A stretch of DNA of 64,000 nucleotides. Source: Mustelus asterias (lineage: Eukaryota). Below, piece by piece: positions 52,401 through 64,000 of the stretch. Numbering within the stretch: the stretch's first letter is position 1; each line of letters begins with the position of its first letter. The stretch covers positions 48,670,001 through 48,734,000 of the forward strand of contig NC_135815.1 of NCBI RefSeq assembly GCF_964213995.1, written 5' to 3'. The notes below the pieces were generated by a model. The model was given only the letters and a program-made list of their open reading frames with translations, did no database searches and was not told the DNA's origin. The position numbers were made by a program, and so were the translations under genes.

Positions 52401-52520
52401 TGGGTTGAGCAGAGTCGTATTAAGACTTAGACATGGAGCTCGCTCCTTACCCACACCCCTTACTGTATAGTTTATATATTTTTTCTGCTTTGTATAGCTG
52501 TATAGAGGAACTACTATAAT
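49460..52520 (+). mobile_element. Non-autonomous Gypsy-derived chimeric element
   Basis: gag-like KFGFSPGPNLMKNWVSW...RISGLSKKSEEVQLNTF...GELADNI at 49570-49790. Protease-RT linker-like YIVHNRPFRLLGRDA at 50810. PPT-like ggggaga near 52289 followed by LTR-like sequence. Boundaries uncertain. Confidence 0.55.
49930..50800 (+). pseudogene. Decayed coiled-coil fragment resembling the RAI14/UACA/ANKRD24/ANKRD35 family
   Basis: Frameshifted LKELNLKYSQAQQ...LTSQYMSLEKHKQLQITL, AEQENK*LKEQLIVLQDQIQQ and KENLLMDLRRLQGSLRSKFVPQEHYE show the repeated (Y/F)(V/M)(P/S)xxx(H/Y)E-like signature. Confidence 0.5.
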
Positions 52521-53660
52521 TTTACATCAAAATGGTCAGGCCAGCATATTGGGCTGGAACTTCCCGGATGGCAATCAGTGGCAGATTGCCACTCCATACA
52601 GACTTGGCTATGATAAAATGCTGAAATGCCTATCTTGCCTGACCTTCCTGACCTCAGGCCAGTGAGACTCAAGCAGCGAAGCGTGTCCCTGATTCCATAG
52701 GCGAAGTGTAAAAGGATCAGAGCGAAGGAGGACACGCAACCCTTTTTTTAACAACACTCGCTGCTCTAAAGCAGGTGATTTGAAACGTCACAGTGAAAAT
52801 AACAGACCAGGGAGAAGGTGAGAGAATGGGAAGTGGGGGTGGGAAAGTCAGACATGGGGCGAGGTGAGGGTCAGACTTTGGAGGGGTTGGTGTCGCGCAT
52901 TGAGGAGTGGAGTCACACATCGGGAGGAGGAGAGACAGACTTTGGGAGGAGAAATCAGATATGGGAGGGCAGTCGGACATCATGGGGGGGTAAATTGGAC
53001 TGTCAGGAACATCAGGAGGAGAGTAGGACATGGGGGGTAGTCCAGGTTGTACCCTCCTAGCCAATGGGCAGAGTGGAAAGTTGCTCATTTTTCAGGATTG
53101 AAATCCAGTTGTAGGTCTTCCACAGACATCCAGTGTGTTAGCGCTTTGCTATTTGTCTCATAACCCCACACAGTGTGGTGACTATTAAAATTACCAACAT
53201 GTACAGCTGGGATTGATGTACTTGGGAGTGCAGGTTCAGTCATTTTGAGCTAGGGGTTTTATCTATATTAGTGATGTGCAGCCCCCTTATCCTGGTAGCT
53301 GTGGTTTCTTCTTCAGTTGAAAGGAGGATGCGAGCTCTGTAATGGTGTTTTTAGTTATATTGTCAAGCCATATCTTGGGTGGTAGTGACTAATCATGAGG
53401 TTGTATCCATGGTTACGATAGCAGTTGGCCCATTGGTTGTTGGAGACATGGGTTTCTTATGGTGCAAGGGTATCAGTGTTCTGCTCCTTCAGGATGAGCT
53501 TAGAGATATTTGGATTTTGCCTGGGACAGTCCTTTTGATAAGTTGTAGGATTCATGTTCCAGGGCTAACCTGAGACATTGTTTGGCACTGGGAAGGGCCA
53601 CCTTGGTGATTTGAGTAATCACTCTGAAGATGGGAAGATCGTTGATCAAGTGCCATCTTG

Positions 53661-53797
53661 AGGGTGGCACGGTGGCAGAGTGGTTAGCACTGCTGCCTCA
53701 CAGCTCCAGGGACCGGGGTTCAATTCTGGCCTGTGGAATTTGATGTTCTCCCCATGTCTACGTGGGTTTCCTTCACATGCTCCAGTTTTCTCCCACT
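53661..53797 (+). mobile_element. HE1/V-SINE 5' part
   Basis: gggtggcacggtggcagagtggttagcactgctgcctcacagc. Confidence 0.8.
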
Positions 53798-56295
53798 GAT
53801 TTGATTTATTATTGTCACATGTATTAGTATACAGTGAAAAGTATTGTTTCTTGCATGCTGTACAAACAAAGCACACCGTACATAGAGAAGGAAAGGGGAA
53901 GGTGCTGAATGTTGTGTTACATTCATAGCTAGGGTGTAGAAAAAGATCAACTTAATACGAGGTAGGTCCATTCAAAAGTCTGATGGCAGCAGGGAAGAAG
54001 CTGTTCTTGAGTTGGTTGGTACATGATGTCAGACTTTAGTATTTTTTTTCCGATGGAAGAAGGTGGAAGAGAGTATGTCCGGGTTGCATTGGGTCCTTGA
54101 TTATGCTGGCTGCTTTTCCGAGGCAGCAGGAAGTACAGCCAGAGTCAATGGATGGGACGCTGGTTTGTGTGATGGACTGGGCTTCGTTTACAACCCTTCG
54201 TAGTTTCTTACGGTCTTGGACAGGGCAGGAGCCATATCAAGCTGTGAAGCTGTCAGAGATCCTGAATACCAGCAACCTTAGGCAATCTTAATCGACTTGA
54301 GTACAAACAGCGCTAAACATCATGCATAATCCGATACGAGACCTCTAATGACTTGTGAACAAGGAGAACCCAGTTTACGGTTGTCCTGCAAGTGTTTCTG
54401 AAGTTACAAACAAACAACTTGGCAATAACACAGCAAATCAGAAAGAAGCAATTTTTCTAATCCTTCATTTGCATACATATCACCAATTAAATCCTGGCTT
54501 TTCGCCCTTTCTCATTCAAATGAAAACTGACCTCTGCTAATGCTTCATTTGCATAACATATCCCCATATCTTGGGTTTGGATTTGTTATGGAAAAATCTA
54601 GTCTTGCTCACCCTCCGGTGAAGGCCGAAAAACAGAATGATATGGAGCCTATGCAGATGAAGATTAGCCTGTTCATGCTGAGTAGCAGACACTGACCCCT
54701 TTTGAAGGTCTGTAAACTGATAAACATTTTCCATCATTGTACAGAGAAGGCATGAAACTTTAATTTGAACACTTTAACTTCCACACAATTTAACCTCCAA
54801 ACTATGCAACTTCAATCTGAACATTTTAACTTCCACAATACAATCAGAAAGAATGCTTCCTATGTGCATCTGTAAACGTTGGTGAAAGTTGTTGCGGACA
54901 TGCAAAATTTCCTTAGCCTCCTGAGAAAGTAGAGATGTTGGTGGGCTTTCTTAACTATAGCATCGATGTGAAGGGACCAGGACAGGTTGTTGGTGATCTG
55001 GACACCTAGAAACTTGAAGCTCTCAACCCTTTCCACTTCATGCCTGTTGATGTAGACAGGGGCATATCCACCACTATGCTTTCTGAAGTCAGTGACTATT
55101 TCCTTTGTTTTGCTGACACTGAGTGATTGTCTTCACACCGGTTCATCAGATTCTCTATCTCTTTCCTGTACTCCATCTCATTATTGTTTGAGATCTGGCC
55201 CACTACGGTGGTGTCATCAGTAAACTTGAAAATCAAGTTTGAGGGGAATTTGGCCACACAGTCATAGGTGTATAAGGGGCAGAGGACACAGCCATATGGG
55301 GCACCGGTGTTGAGGATGATCGTGGAGGAGGTGTTGTTGCCTATCCTTAGTGATTGTGATCTGTGGGTTAGGAAGTCTAGGATCCAGTTGCAGACAGAGG
55401 AGCCAAGCCCTAAGTCACGGTGTTTGGAGATGAGTTTTGTTGGAATAATGGTGTTGAACGTTGAGCTGTAGTCAATAAATTGGAGTCTGACATAGGTGTC
55501 TTAGTTATCCAGGTGTCCCAAGATTGAATATAGGGCCTGTTGCGGCAAAAGGCGGACTATAGTGGTTCCAAGCAATCTTGGAGGCCAGAATTGATTCGTG
55601 CCATGACCAACCTTTCGAAGCACTTCATAATGATGGATGTCAGAGCCACCAGGTGATCATAGAGTGCAGAAAGAGGCCATTCGGCCCATCGAGTCTGCAC
55701 CAACCACAATCCCACCTAGGCCCTATCCCCATATCCCTACATATTTACCCACTAATCCCTCTAACCTATGCATCCGAGGACACTTAAGGGGCAATTTAGA
55801 ATGGCCAATCAACCTAGCCCACACATCTTTGGACTGTGGGAGGAAACCGGAGCACCCGAAGGAAACACACGCAGACACAGGGAGAATGTGCAAACTCCAC
55901 ACAGACAGAGACCCGAGCCGGGATTTGAACCCAGGTCCCTGGAGCTGTGAAGCAGCAGTGCTAACCACTGGGCTATCATGCCGCCCTTAATAGTCATTAA
56001 GGTGTGCTGCCTGGCTTTTCTTTGGTACAGGGATGATGGTGGTCTTCTTGAAGCAGATAGGGACCTCAGATTGGTGTAAAGAGAGGTTAAAGATGTCTGC
56101 GAATACCCCCGCCAGCTGATCCGTGCAGGATCTGAGTGCTCATCCAGGTACCCCATCCGGGCAAGTCACTTTTCGTGGACTTACTTTGGAGAAGGCTGAG
56201 GCTTCTGAGGTGGAAGGCATGCTCTCGCTGACCTCTTGCTCAAGATGGGCATAGAATGCGTTGAGCTCATCGGTGAGGGTTGCATTGTTGCCGGC
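53798..56295 (-). mobile_element. Rex1/Babar-clade LINE, fragmented by later insertions (about 54250-54840 unknown; SINE at 55657-55987)
   Basis: The reverse strand reads [39 protein letters not shown] and [10 protein letters not shown]. 3' tail near 53800 (gatttgatttattattgtc on +). Confidence 0.8.
55657..55987 (-). mobile_element. HE1/V-SINE family SINE, full length
   Basis: Same family as 8560-8898. Confidence 0.9.
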
Positions 56296-56719
56296 AGTTC
56301 AAAGATGTGCAGATTAGGTGGATGGGCCATGCTAAATTGTCCCTTAGATTGTGTGGATTAGCGGGGTAAATGCGTGGGATTACGGGGATAGGGCGAGGGA
56401 GAGGACCTGGGTAACATACTCTGTCAGGGAGTTGGTGCACTCAATGGGCTGAATGGCCTCCATCTGCACTGTAGGGATTCTATGAAACATCGCCCTCTTC
56501 CATTCTGTGTACACAGTTACAAGTGATTAATAAAGACTTGTCACTGACATGCAGAACACTCCAAAGACTTCCTTAAAACAGACATGTTCTGTAACCAACA
56601 TTGCAACAGCACTTATGGATTAAAGTGAAAACTTGTTGAGTATCTGAGATGAATAAGGAATAGATGTCTGTATTGATGGGGTTAGATGGGGAGGAGGTTC
56701 TAGTGAAACATTGATTTGC

Positions 56720-57198
56720 CCTCTTTTTAGGTCAAACCAAATAAACAAACTCAGATTAAGTCAGGACAAAGTAAAAGGGGCAGCTCCCCAAAAGGAGGGG
56801 GAACAGCCCGAACAGAAATCAAAGTACAACGGAAACTTAAAAACATCAAATTAAAATGTGATTGTCAGGGTCAATAACGCACCCCAACCCCTGCGGTGCC
56901 CAACGGGCGCGGAAGGCGTCAACCGCGCCCGTGGACACCGCATGCTCCCTCTCCAGGGACACCCGGCCACGAATGTAGCCGCGGTAGAGGGGAAGACAGT
57001 CAGGATGGACGGCCCCCTCGATCGCCCGCTGCCTGGACCGGTAAATGGCGCATTTCGCCAGGCCCAGGAGCAGGTTCACGAGGAGGTCGCCATCCCGACC
57101 CTCCCCTCTCCGCACCGGGTGTCCGTAGATCAGGAGCGTGGGACTGAAGTGCAAACAAAACATCAATAAAAGGTTCTTTAGGAAAACAAAAAGGGAGG
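56720..57198 (-). mobile_element. Young Tx1/L1-clade LINE 3' fragment
   Basis: FSPTLLIYGHPV...LLVNLLLGLAKCAIYRSR...GYIRGRVSLEREHA...FRARWAPQG. 13-bp TSD AACATTGATTTGC at 56707-56719 and 57199-57211. Confidence 0.88.
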
Positions 57199-57229
57199 AA
57201 CATTGATTTGCTGAGCTGAGTGTTTCTGG

Positions 57230-57620
57230 GCTGTCGACTCTGTGAGTGACACCAGCACTCACTCCCCAGCTCTACCCGCAATGCCATTGGTCCAGGATGC
57301 CTGACCCCGGAAGTTGTACCGCTGCAACCCACCGGAAGTAGACGTGGCAGATGGAGCGGATGCCGAGTGTGATGAAGCTGGTTCAGTGCAACCGGCTCCG
57401 GGCCGCCGGCCCCCGAGTCTCCGCAGCTGTCAGCGCCTGAAAGCGGCGGCGAGCGCGCCGGTTGCTGTTGTCAGGATGTTGTGTAAAGGGTTGCCGGCCG
57501 TGCCTGCGCTGCTGGTGGTCTATGCTGCTGTGAAGCTGAGCTGGAGCAGGACAGCCCCTGTGTTAAGCGACGACGTCCCTTTCAGGATAACATGGCCCGG
57601 GGCCGAATTCTCACTGGTCA
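57230..57620. promoter_or_regulatory. CpG-island promoter and 5' end of ERLEC1 (head-to-head with ASB3 in mammals)
   Basis: CpG-rich, with tandem ETS/GABP sites CCGGAAGT at 57307 and 57332. ATTGG (CCAAT on the minus strand) near 57286. Confidence 0.8.
57476..57616 (+). CDS. ERLEC1: ERLEC1 coding exon 1 (ER lectin 1 / XTP3-B) with signal peptide
   Basis: MLCKGLPAVPALLVVYAAVKLSWSRTAPVLSDDVPFRITWPGAEFSL has a hydrophobic leader plus the ERLEC1-like LSDD(I/V)PFRxxWPGxEFSL. CTG|GTCAGT donor. Confidence 0.92.
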
Positions 57621-57949
57621 GTACATCCGGCACACAACTGGAGGGGAATGTCAACCGTCCAGAGCCACCCTGGAGCCTCTGGGAGTCAGAGGCTAATCTC
57701 CAGAACCCCCACTAGCGCAATCCTGGGGCAGAGTCTCAGGACACTAAAACAAATCATAGAACACTTTTATACAACAGCACAGTACAGGCCCTTCGGCCCT
57801 CGATGTTGTGCCAAGCTTTGTCCGAAATCAAGATCAAGCTATCCCACTCCCTATCATTCTGGTGTGCTCCGTGTGCCTATCCAATAACAGCTTGAAAGTT
57901 CCTAAATAATAGTTATAAAAATTATTACACACGAAGGAAAAATGCCACT

Positions 57950-58710
57950 TCTGGCAGTCAAGAATCATCCAATTGGTAAAGGAGTGGTTCATGGAGGGAA
58001 GTGGTTATTCTGTAGGGAAGTTCCCCAGGAATCAGTTTTGGGACCCTTTGCATTTCCTGATGTATGTTAATGATCTCGACCACAGGCGCACTTCCAAAGT
58101 TTGCACATGGTACAAAACTTGGAAGCATTGTGAATTCTGAAAGGGGATACTGTAGAAATTTCAAAGGACATAGGCAAGCTGGTAGAATTAGTATAAGACT
58201 TTAGTTTGGCTTCAGCTGGAGAATTTCGTCCAGTTCTGGGTGCTGCACTTTTTTATTTAAAAATGACAAACGTGAGAGAGTGCTGAAAGGTTTCACAAGA
58301 ATGGTTGCAGAGATGAGGAACTTTCAGATACACAGATGGATTAGATGATTTGGGACTTGGAGAAAAGTTGTGTCGATTGGATAAGAGATGTTCAAAATCC
58401 TGAGGGGTCGACATAAAGTCGATCGGGAAAAACTGTTTTGAGGATCGAGAACAAGAAGGCGCAGCACAGATTTAAAATAATTGGCAAAATAAGCAAAAGC
58501 AATGCGAGGTGAGGGGGGGAGGATGTTTTCACACACTGGTTAGGGTGAAATGCGCTGCCTGAGAGTATGCAGATTCAACCAAGACATTCAAAAGGAAATT
58601 GGACCATTACATGAAAAGAGGGAATGTGTAGGGTTACAAGGAGAATGCGGTAGGTGAATTGCTTCTTAGCAGAGCTGGAAAAACGGCTGCCTCCTAAGCT
58701 GTAAGAATTC
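57950..58710 (+). mobile_element. Decayed CR1 3' region in ERLEC1 intron 1
   Basis: PQESVLGP, SKFAHGTKLG and VQFWV remnants. Confidence 0.7.
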
Positions 58711-60079
58711 TGGGATTTTGTGATCAGGTATCTGTTTATTCTCAATTGGTGTGGAAAAACAGGGTGCGGAAAGGATGGGTACGTCAGCTGACCAATGGTG
58801 GCATAGTTGGATTTGAGAGTTTATGTGCCGAAACTTGCAAAATGTCCAACTGGGTTTGAAACCTTAATACAGCTTGATATTGCACCTCAGCTTGAGTGGT
58901 GGGCAGCTTGTTGAAGGCACTGGAGTTTGGGGTTAACTTGTAACATGGGTACATTGTGTGTGTGTGTGTGTGTGTATGCAAAACAACACAATGATTGAAA
59001 TATTATAGTTAATGGATATTTTCAGCAATTTACTGGAAATAATGCTATCTCGTGTTTTCTTGGCCATCATCAGAAATTTGTTAATCATTGATTTGACAGA
59101 CCAGCAAAAATGTGCAGCTAGCAGGCTTTAGGGAACTTGTTTTGTGGTCAGTGTAAAGGAAACAAAAAAAACTTGTGTGATTTGCCAACTTCCAGTTATA
59201 CCATTGGATTATTACATTAATTAAACGTTTACATTTTTCCACTTCTTAACTATGGCTTCTCTAGCGACCTAACCAGTGCTCCTTGTGGAACACTAGGGAA
59301 TTTATTCTGTACTCCGCATAATATTTATTGCATCGTGAGGTGGTTTGTCAATTTTCCACCAGGGTGTTTGTTGATAATGTGCAAATTCAAACTGGCTGGA
59401 ATTGGGATCTTGCACTTCCAGACTTTATGTGCTCGGTAATCTTGAATATATCATCTAAAAGTGGTTGTGTAACAGCAGCCTTAAAGACCTTGAGTTATTG
59501 CTGCAGAGAGACTTGTGAAAGACATAATCATGACCTCAGATGAAAACTCATAAGTTTAAGATAATGGAGAAAATTGAGTCTGCAATTATTTTTTAAAGTT
59601 TTATAGGAATTAAAGATGCAGTCAATTTGGTTACCACCTCAGGTGTCTCACATATATTTGCAACAAAAGCATACAAATGAAGGAGACTTGTTTCTAAAAA
59701 GTATTGTTTATTGCAACTATACATAATATATCTACATTTATTTTTATATGTTCCAGATAAAAACTGGGAAATTTGACTAAATAATAACTTAAATTATATA
59801 AATTAGTTTGTTAATAACCAAAATTAACAATTGAATAAAATCCCTAATTAAATATAGCACAAGGTTAGATTGGGATGGTAGGGCAGGGCATGTGTTGAAC
59901 CAGAGCAATGTGAAACTTGATGGAGACCAGTTAGAGACTGAGGATCTATGTTCTTCAATGTCTGCAACTCGTAGTCAATCAGGCCCCTTGGATTTAGGTA
60001 GTTTTGATTAAGTACAAGAGAATGTAACTGAGAATTAGGCTGAAATGAAGACCCAAGATACAGAAATGGAGGAACCTCA

Positions 60080-61830
60080 ATCTTTGGCTATGTTCAACAG
60101 GTATGAAGTACTTGCTACCTGTTTGGTAATGAAGAAAAATTGCAGGAAGAATTTGCACTTTGACCACACCACTATGTGGTCCAGGAGCCATGTAAATGGG
60201 AGGAAGTAAGATGGTGGTAGATGACAGTCTAGTCAGGTGGATGTATACTGTTCTCTGTAGCCACAGTCAGGAATCCAAAGCCTGTCTTAGCTGCTCGGTG
60301 CCAGGGTTAAAGATATCTCCTTGTAGTTAAAAACAAAAAAGAAGCACATTGAGCATGAGGAGCAGAATCCAAATAGGAATCAGCGACATATGTAGAATGA
60401 GGTTCTGCTGAGGGAGTTTGAGAATTCAGGGCCCAAGTAATAGGCAAGGCCTCAAAGATAATAAATCCCTGGATTACTAACTGAGCTACTTACAAATTGA
60501 CGTGGAATCAAACAGATCAGATAGTTGAATACGTTGCTCACAGAATGGAACAGAAGACTATTTTGATTCATGGAGCACTGGGATCACCAGCAAGTCGAAT
60601 AATTAGGACTGTATTTTGGGGCTGAGTGGTTAGCTCAGTTGGCTGGACAGCTGGTTCAGGATGCAGAGTAATGCCAGCAATATGGATTCAGTTCCCATAC
60701 TGGTTGAGGTTATTCATGAAGGCATGTATGCCTTCTCAAACCTTGCCCCTTGCCTGAGATGTTGTGATCCTCAGGTTAAAATCACCAACAGTAAACTCTT
60801 AGCCTATGGTCATCTGTAACTATGGCGACGTTACCTTTTTTAAAGAGAAACGGTTAATGAATCTCTTAGTAAGGAATCCTCTGGGGACGAATGATCATGA
60901 TATAATAGAACTTCACATTGACTTTGAGAGTACCATACTTGCGTCTAGAACTAGCCTAAATTTAATTAAAGCCAATTCCAAAGGTATGAGTGGTGAGTTG
61001 ACACAGGTAGTTTGGCAAATCAGATTAAAAGGTATGAAAGTAGAAAAATAATGGCAAATGTTTTTTTTAAACTTAATTTTCAACAGATATACATTAAAAT
61101 GAGGGATTAAAAACTCCACAGGAAAAACAATCTGTCTATGCCTAACTAAAGAGGTTAAGAATATAATTAGATTTAAAAAGGCTGATGACGTCACCAAGAT
61201 GAAGAAGAATTCTGAGGATTGGGAACATTTTAGGCCAAAAGATTCAGAGGGACAAAGCAGAATATGAGAGTAAAGGAGCAAGAATGATAAAAACACAGTG
61301 TAAGAGCTTCTACGAGTTAAGTAAAAAAAAAAGGAAGAGAATGATGAAAATAACAATAGGTCCCGGTGGCTGAGACAGGAGATATAAAGTCAATAATGAA
61401 ATGGAAGACATTATACAAATATTTTGTGTATCTCTTATTTTGTGTATCTCTTCGGGGGGGGGGGGCAAGGATCTACCGAGAGTGAGGAACTTAAAACAAT
61501 TAATATTAGTAAGGAAAAAGTGCTGAATAAATTAATGGGACTAAAAGCTGACATGTACCCTGGACCTGATGGTCTACATCCTAGGTTTGGAAATAAATAG
61601 CTATAGAGATGATGGATACATTGGCTGTGATCTTCCAAAATTCCCTGAATTCTGGAATGGTCCCCGTGGGCTAAAATGTTGCAAATCCTATTTGAGAAAA
61701 TGGAGCTACAGACTGGTTAACTTGATATTAGCCAATGGAAAAATGCTGGAATCCATTTTAAGGAAGTGGTAAAGGCATTTAGAAATCATAGGATTTATTA
61801 GAGTCAGCATGGTGTTATGAAAGAAAGATT
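60080..61830 (+). mobile_element. Decayed CR1 (ORF1/ORF2 pieces) with a tRNA-derived SINE at about 60618-60840
   Basis: NRYEVL, PLGTNDHDIIEL, LMGLKADMYPGPDGLHPR and SYRLVNL remnants. Confidence 0.7.
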
Positions 61831-63035
61831 GCTTGGAGGGTAGATAAGAGACAAAGAAATCTGGCTTGGGCTGAAACCTGCGAGAAAGAGTTGGCTATCT
61901 GAAGTTGTCAGGAAAGTTTTTTCATTTCTGCTTCCCAAATTTACCCATCGTTTATACAAATAAAATATTTACAAACAAAAAACCCTCAGGACACAGGTTT
62001 TGATAATTAAATACCTATTTCTATAAATAATTTACTTTAAGAGGTTTGCTGTTTGAGTTATTGGTGCACTGTCACTAATATTTAGCAGAAAAACCATGAT
62101 AAAATCAACCTCTTGAGCTTGGCTTTTACTAATTCATGTTACTGTTTGAAACAAAAAAGCAACATGCATTCATATAGTGCCTTTGGGGTAGTAAAACAGC
62201 TCAAAAGTGCTTTACAAGGATGGTTTACAGCCTACTTTTTACTCAAAATTGCTTAATTCAAGTTATCCAACATTTTTTATTGCTGAATTTCCACAGTTTG
62301 CTGTTCTGTTAACACTATTTAGTCCAAATTATTGGTTAATTCAATATTTTTAGTACAAAAATGAGTCAACAGGACTGAACCTTTTGTTTTTCTATCACAT
62401 TGTGTGTGTCACTTATAATTTCTAATATTTAGATAGACTTGCATTTCAAAAGAAAATGTTTGTTGTTAGACGTTCTGCTGAAGGGTCTCTATGTTCATTC
62501 TAATATTATTTCTGTTCTTTTCTGATATTGTGGCCATTTGCTATAAAATTAATATTCCAGGGTAGTGCAGTTTATTTTTAATTTTACCCCATTCTTAAAG
62601 TTACAAAGCCAATGTGCAGAGTGGATGGGGCAAGCCCTTGATCCATCTCCTTGCTTGCTCCAAAAACTAATTCAAATTCAAACTGAATCCAATTCATGGT
62701 CCCCACAAGAGAGACGAACAAGATCCAAGCTGACAAGAAAAGGCATTACACCTGATCTTGGGCTTGATCCTAGCCAAAAGGCCAATACTTCATGAACATA
62801 AAAACAAATACCTGAAGATTAATCATAATTGGGTGAAGTTCAGGTTAGTACGATGGAGGTTTCCCCAAGTATATTGTACCTCTGTTCTGTGTGTTGTAAA
62901 GTTGATGTTTTGCTTGCAGGTGTTAGCATGTAGGAATGAAAAGTTAAGTTGTACACTGCTGTACAGTGCGATATTCTACTTGTAAGAGCGTAGATAGTCA
63001 TGATGCATAATTGTGATTAATTATTTTGTTTTCAG

Positions 63036-63140
63036 CCAACCACAGGTGGCCTGTATAGACCTGATGACTACATAATTATTACTACAGTGCATAATGAAAG
63101 ATATAAATGTTTGTTGCCATCAATTGGAAATGGAGACCAG
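63036..63140 (+). CDS. ERLEC1: ERLEC1 coding exon 2; gene continues beyond the right edge
   Basis: Hand translation gives PTTGGLYRPDDYIIITTVHNERYKCLLPSIGNGDQ. ttttcag| acceptor, CAG|GTAAGC donor. 105 nt. Confidence 0.95.
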
Positions 63141-63368
63141 GTAAGCCTAGGATTTATATAGTCTTGTTACAAATGATCTTTGATAGCTTTGTAATATGAC
63201 AATTATGTATTACCTAACATTATATGAATGTATTTATTTAACATTAATATCAAACTACAAGCAGTGACTCCAAGTGGATTTAAATCTGACTTTTTGTATG
63301 TCTGTCTGGTTTAAAAACAATCACTTTTGCGCAGTGAAGAACCTTTTTAAAATGCTTTGTAATGCTCT

Positions 63369-63686
63369 TTAGCACTGCTGCTTCACAGCTCCAGGGTCCC
63401 GGGTTCGATTCCCGGCTCGGGTCACTGTCTGTGTGGAGTTTGCACATTCTCCTCGTGTCTGCGTGGGTTTCCTCCGGGTGCTCCGGTTTCCTCCCACAGT
63501 CCAAAGATGTGCGGGTTAGGTTGATTGGCCAGATTAAAAATTGCCCCTTAGAGTCCTGGGATGCACAGGTTAGAGGTATTAGCGGGTAAATATGTGGGGG
63601 TGGGGCCTGGGTGGGATTGTGGTCGGTGCAGACTTGATGGGCCGAATGGCCTCCTTCTGCACTGTAGGATTTCTATGATTTCTATG
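63369..63686 (+). mobile_element. HE1/V-SINE family SINE
   Basis: B-box gggttcgattccc, V-domain, and a CR1-type tttctatgatttctatga tail. Confidence 0.9.
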
Positions 63687-64000
63687 AATTTGCACAAGGT
63701 GGAGGTAGACCACAAACAGTAAAACTTAATTTTCTTCTTTGTAATTTAAAGCACTGTTTATATTTTAGCCATTCTTAATCGTGACACTTTACAGCTACAA
63801 TTCTGACCACCTCATAAATCCACTTGTTCATACCCTTCAGTGGTTTCACCAGCATGAGGGATAAAGTAATGGGCATTAAAAGCATTTAGCCCAAATAATG
63901 TCAACATGAAAGAGTTACTCAAGTTTTGTGACACAATATTTACTCCAGCCTCAGTTCTTGCAGTGTCTCACGTGGTTCATACACTGAGTAGCTGAGTCAT

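Noticed and set aside
57314-57475. N-terminal extension of ERLEC1 suggested by the ORF track
   Set aside because: It starts at a TTG overlapping the ETS sites and would bury the signal peptide.
58956-58975. (TG)n microsatellite and homopolymer runs (also near 42505 and 61454)
   Set aside because: Ordinary simple repeats.
6690-63589. Recurrent short ORFs such as MDCGRKPEHPEETHADT and STAASQLQGPGF, and tRNA-like A/B boxes
   Set aside because: These are translations and heads of HE1/V-SINE copies, not genes or functional tRNAs.

Overview
This is eukaryotic, AT-rich, repeat-dense DNA from a cartilaginous fish. HE1/V-SINE, CR1 and Penelope repeats point to a shark, which is an inference. The window holds the conserved vertebrate ASB3(-)/CHAC2(+)/ERLEC1(+) block. 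It contains the first four coding exons of ASB3 (17365 down to 5370; the gene continues off the left edge), a complete 3-exon CHAC2 (184 aa), the first two coding exons of ERLEC1, and two CpG-island promoters (about 22.6-23.3 kb and 57.2-57.6 kb). Most remaining sequence is transposon-derived: CR1, Tx1/L1 and Rex1 LINEs, Gypsy remnants, SINEs and Penelope-like elements (PLEs). Five observations stand out. (1) A young, TSD-flanked PLE is built as a 1049-bp near-perfect inverted repeat, and a 151-bp miniature has the same asymmetric-end architecture. (2) Minimal hammerhead ribozymes with compensatory stem changes sit in PLE copies on both sides of host exons. (3) A Gypsy-derived chimera appears to have captured a RAI14/UACA-like coiled-coil exon fragment. 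(4) There are two local fold-back inverted duplications. (5) A candidate uORF precedes ERLEC1. Family assignments come from recognising motifs by eye, not from database searches. Repeat boundaries are approximate unless a TSD is given.
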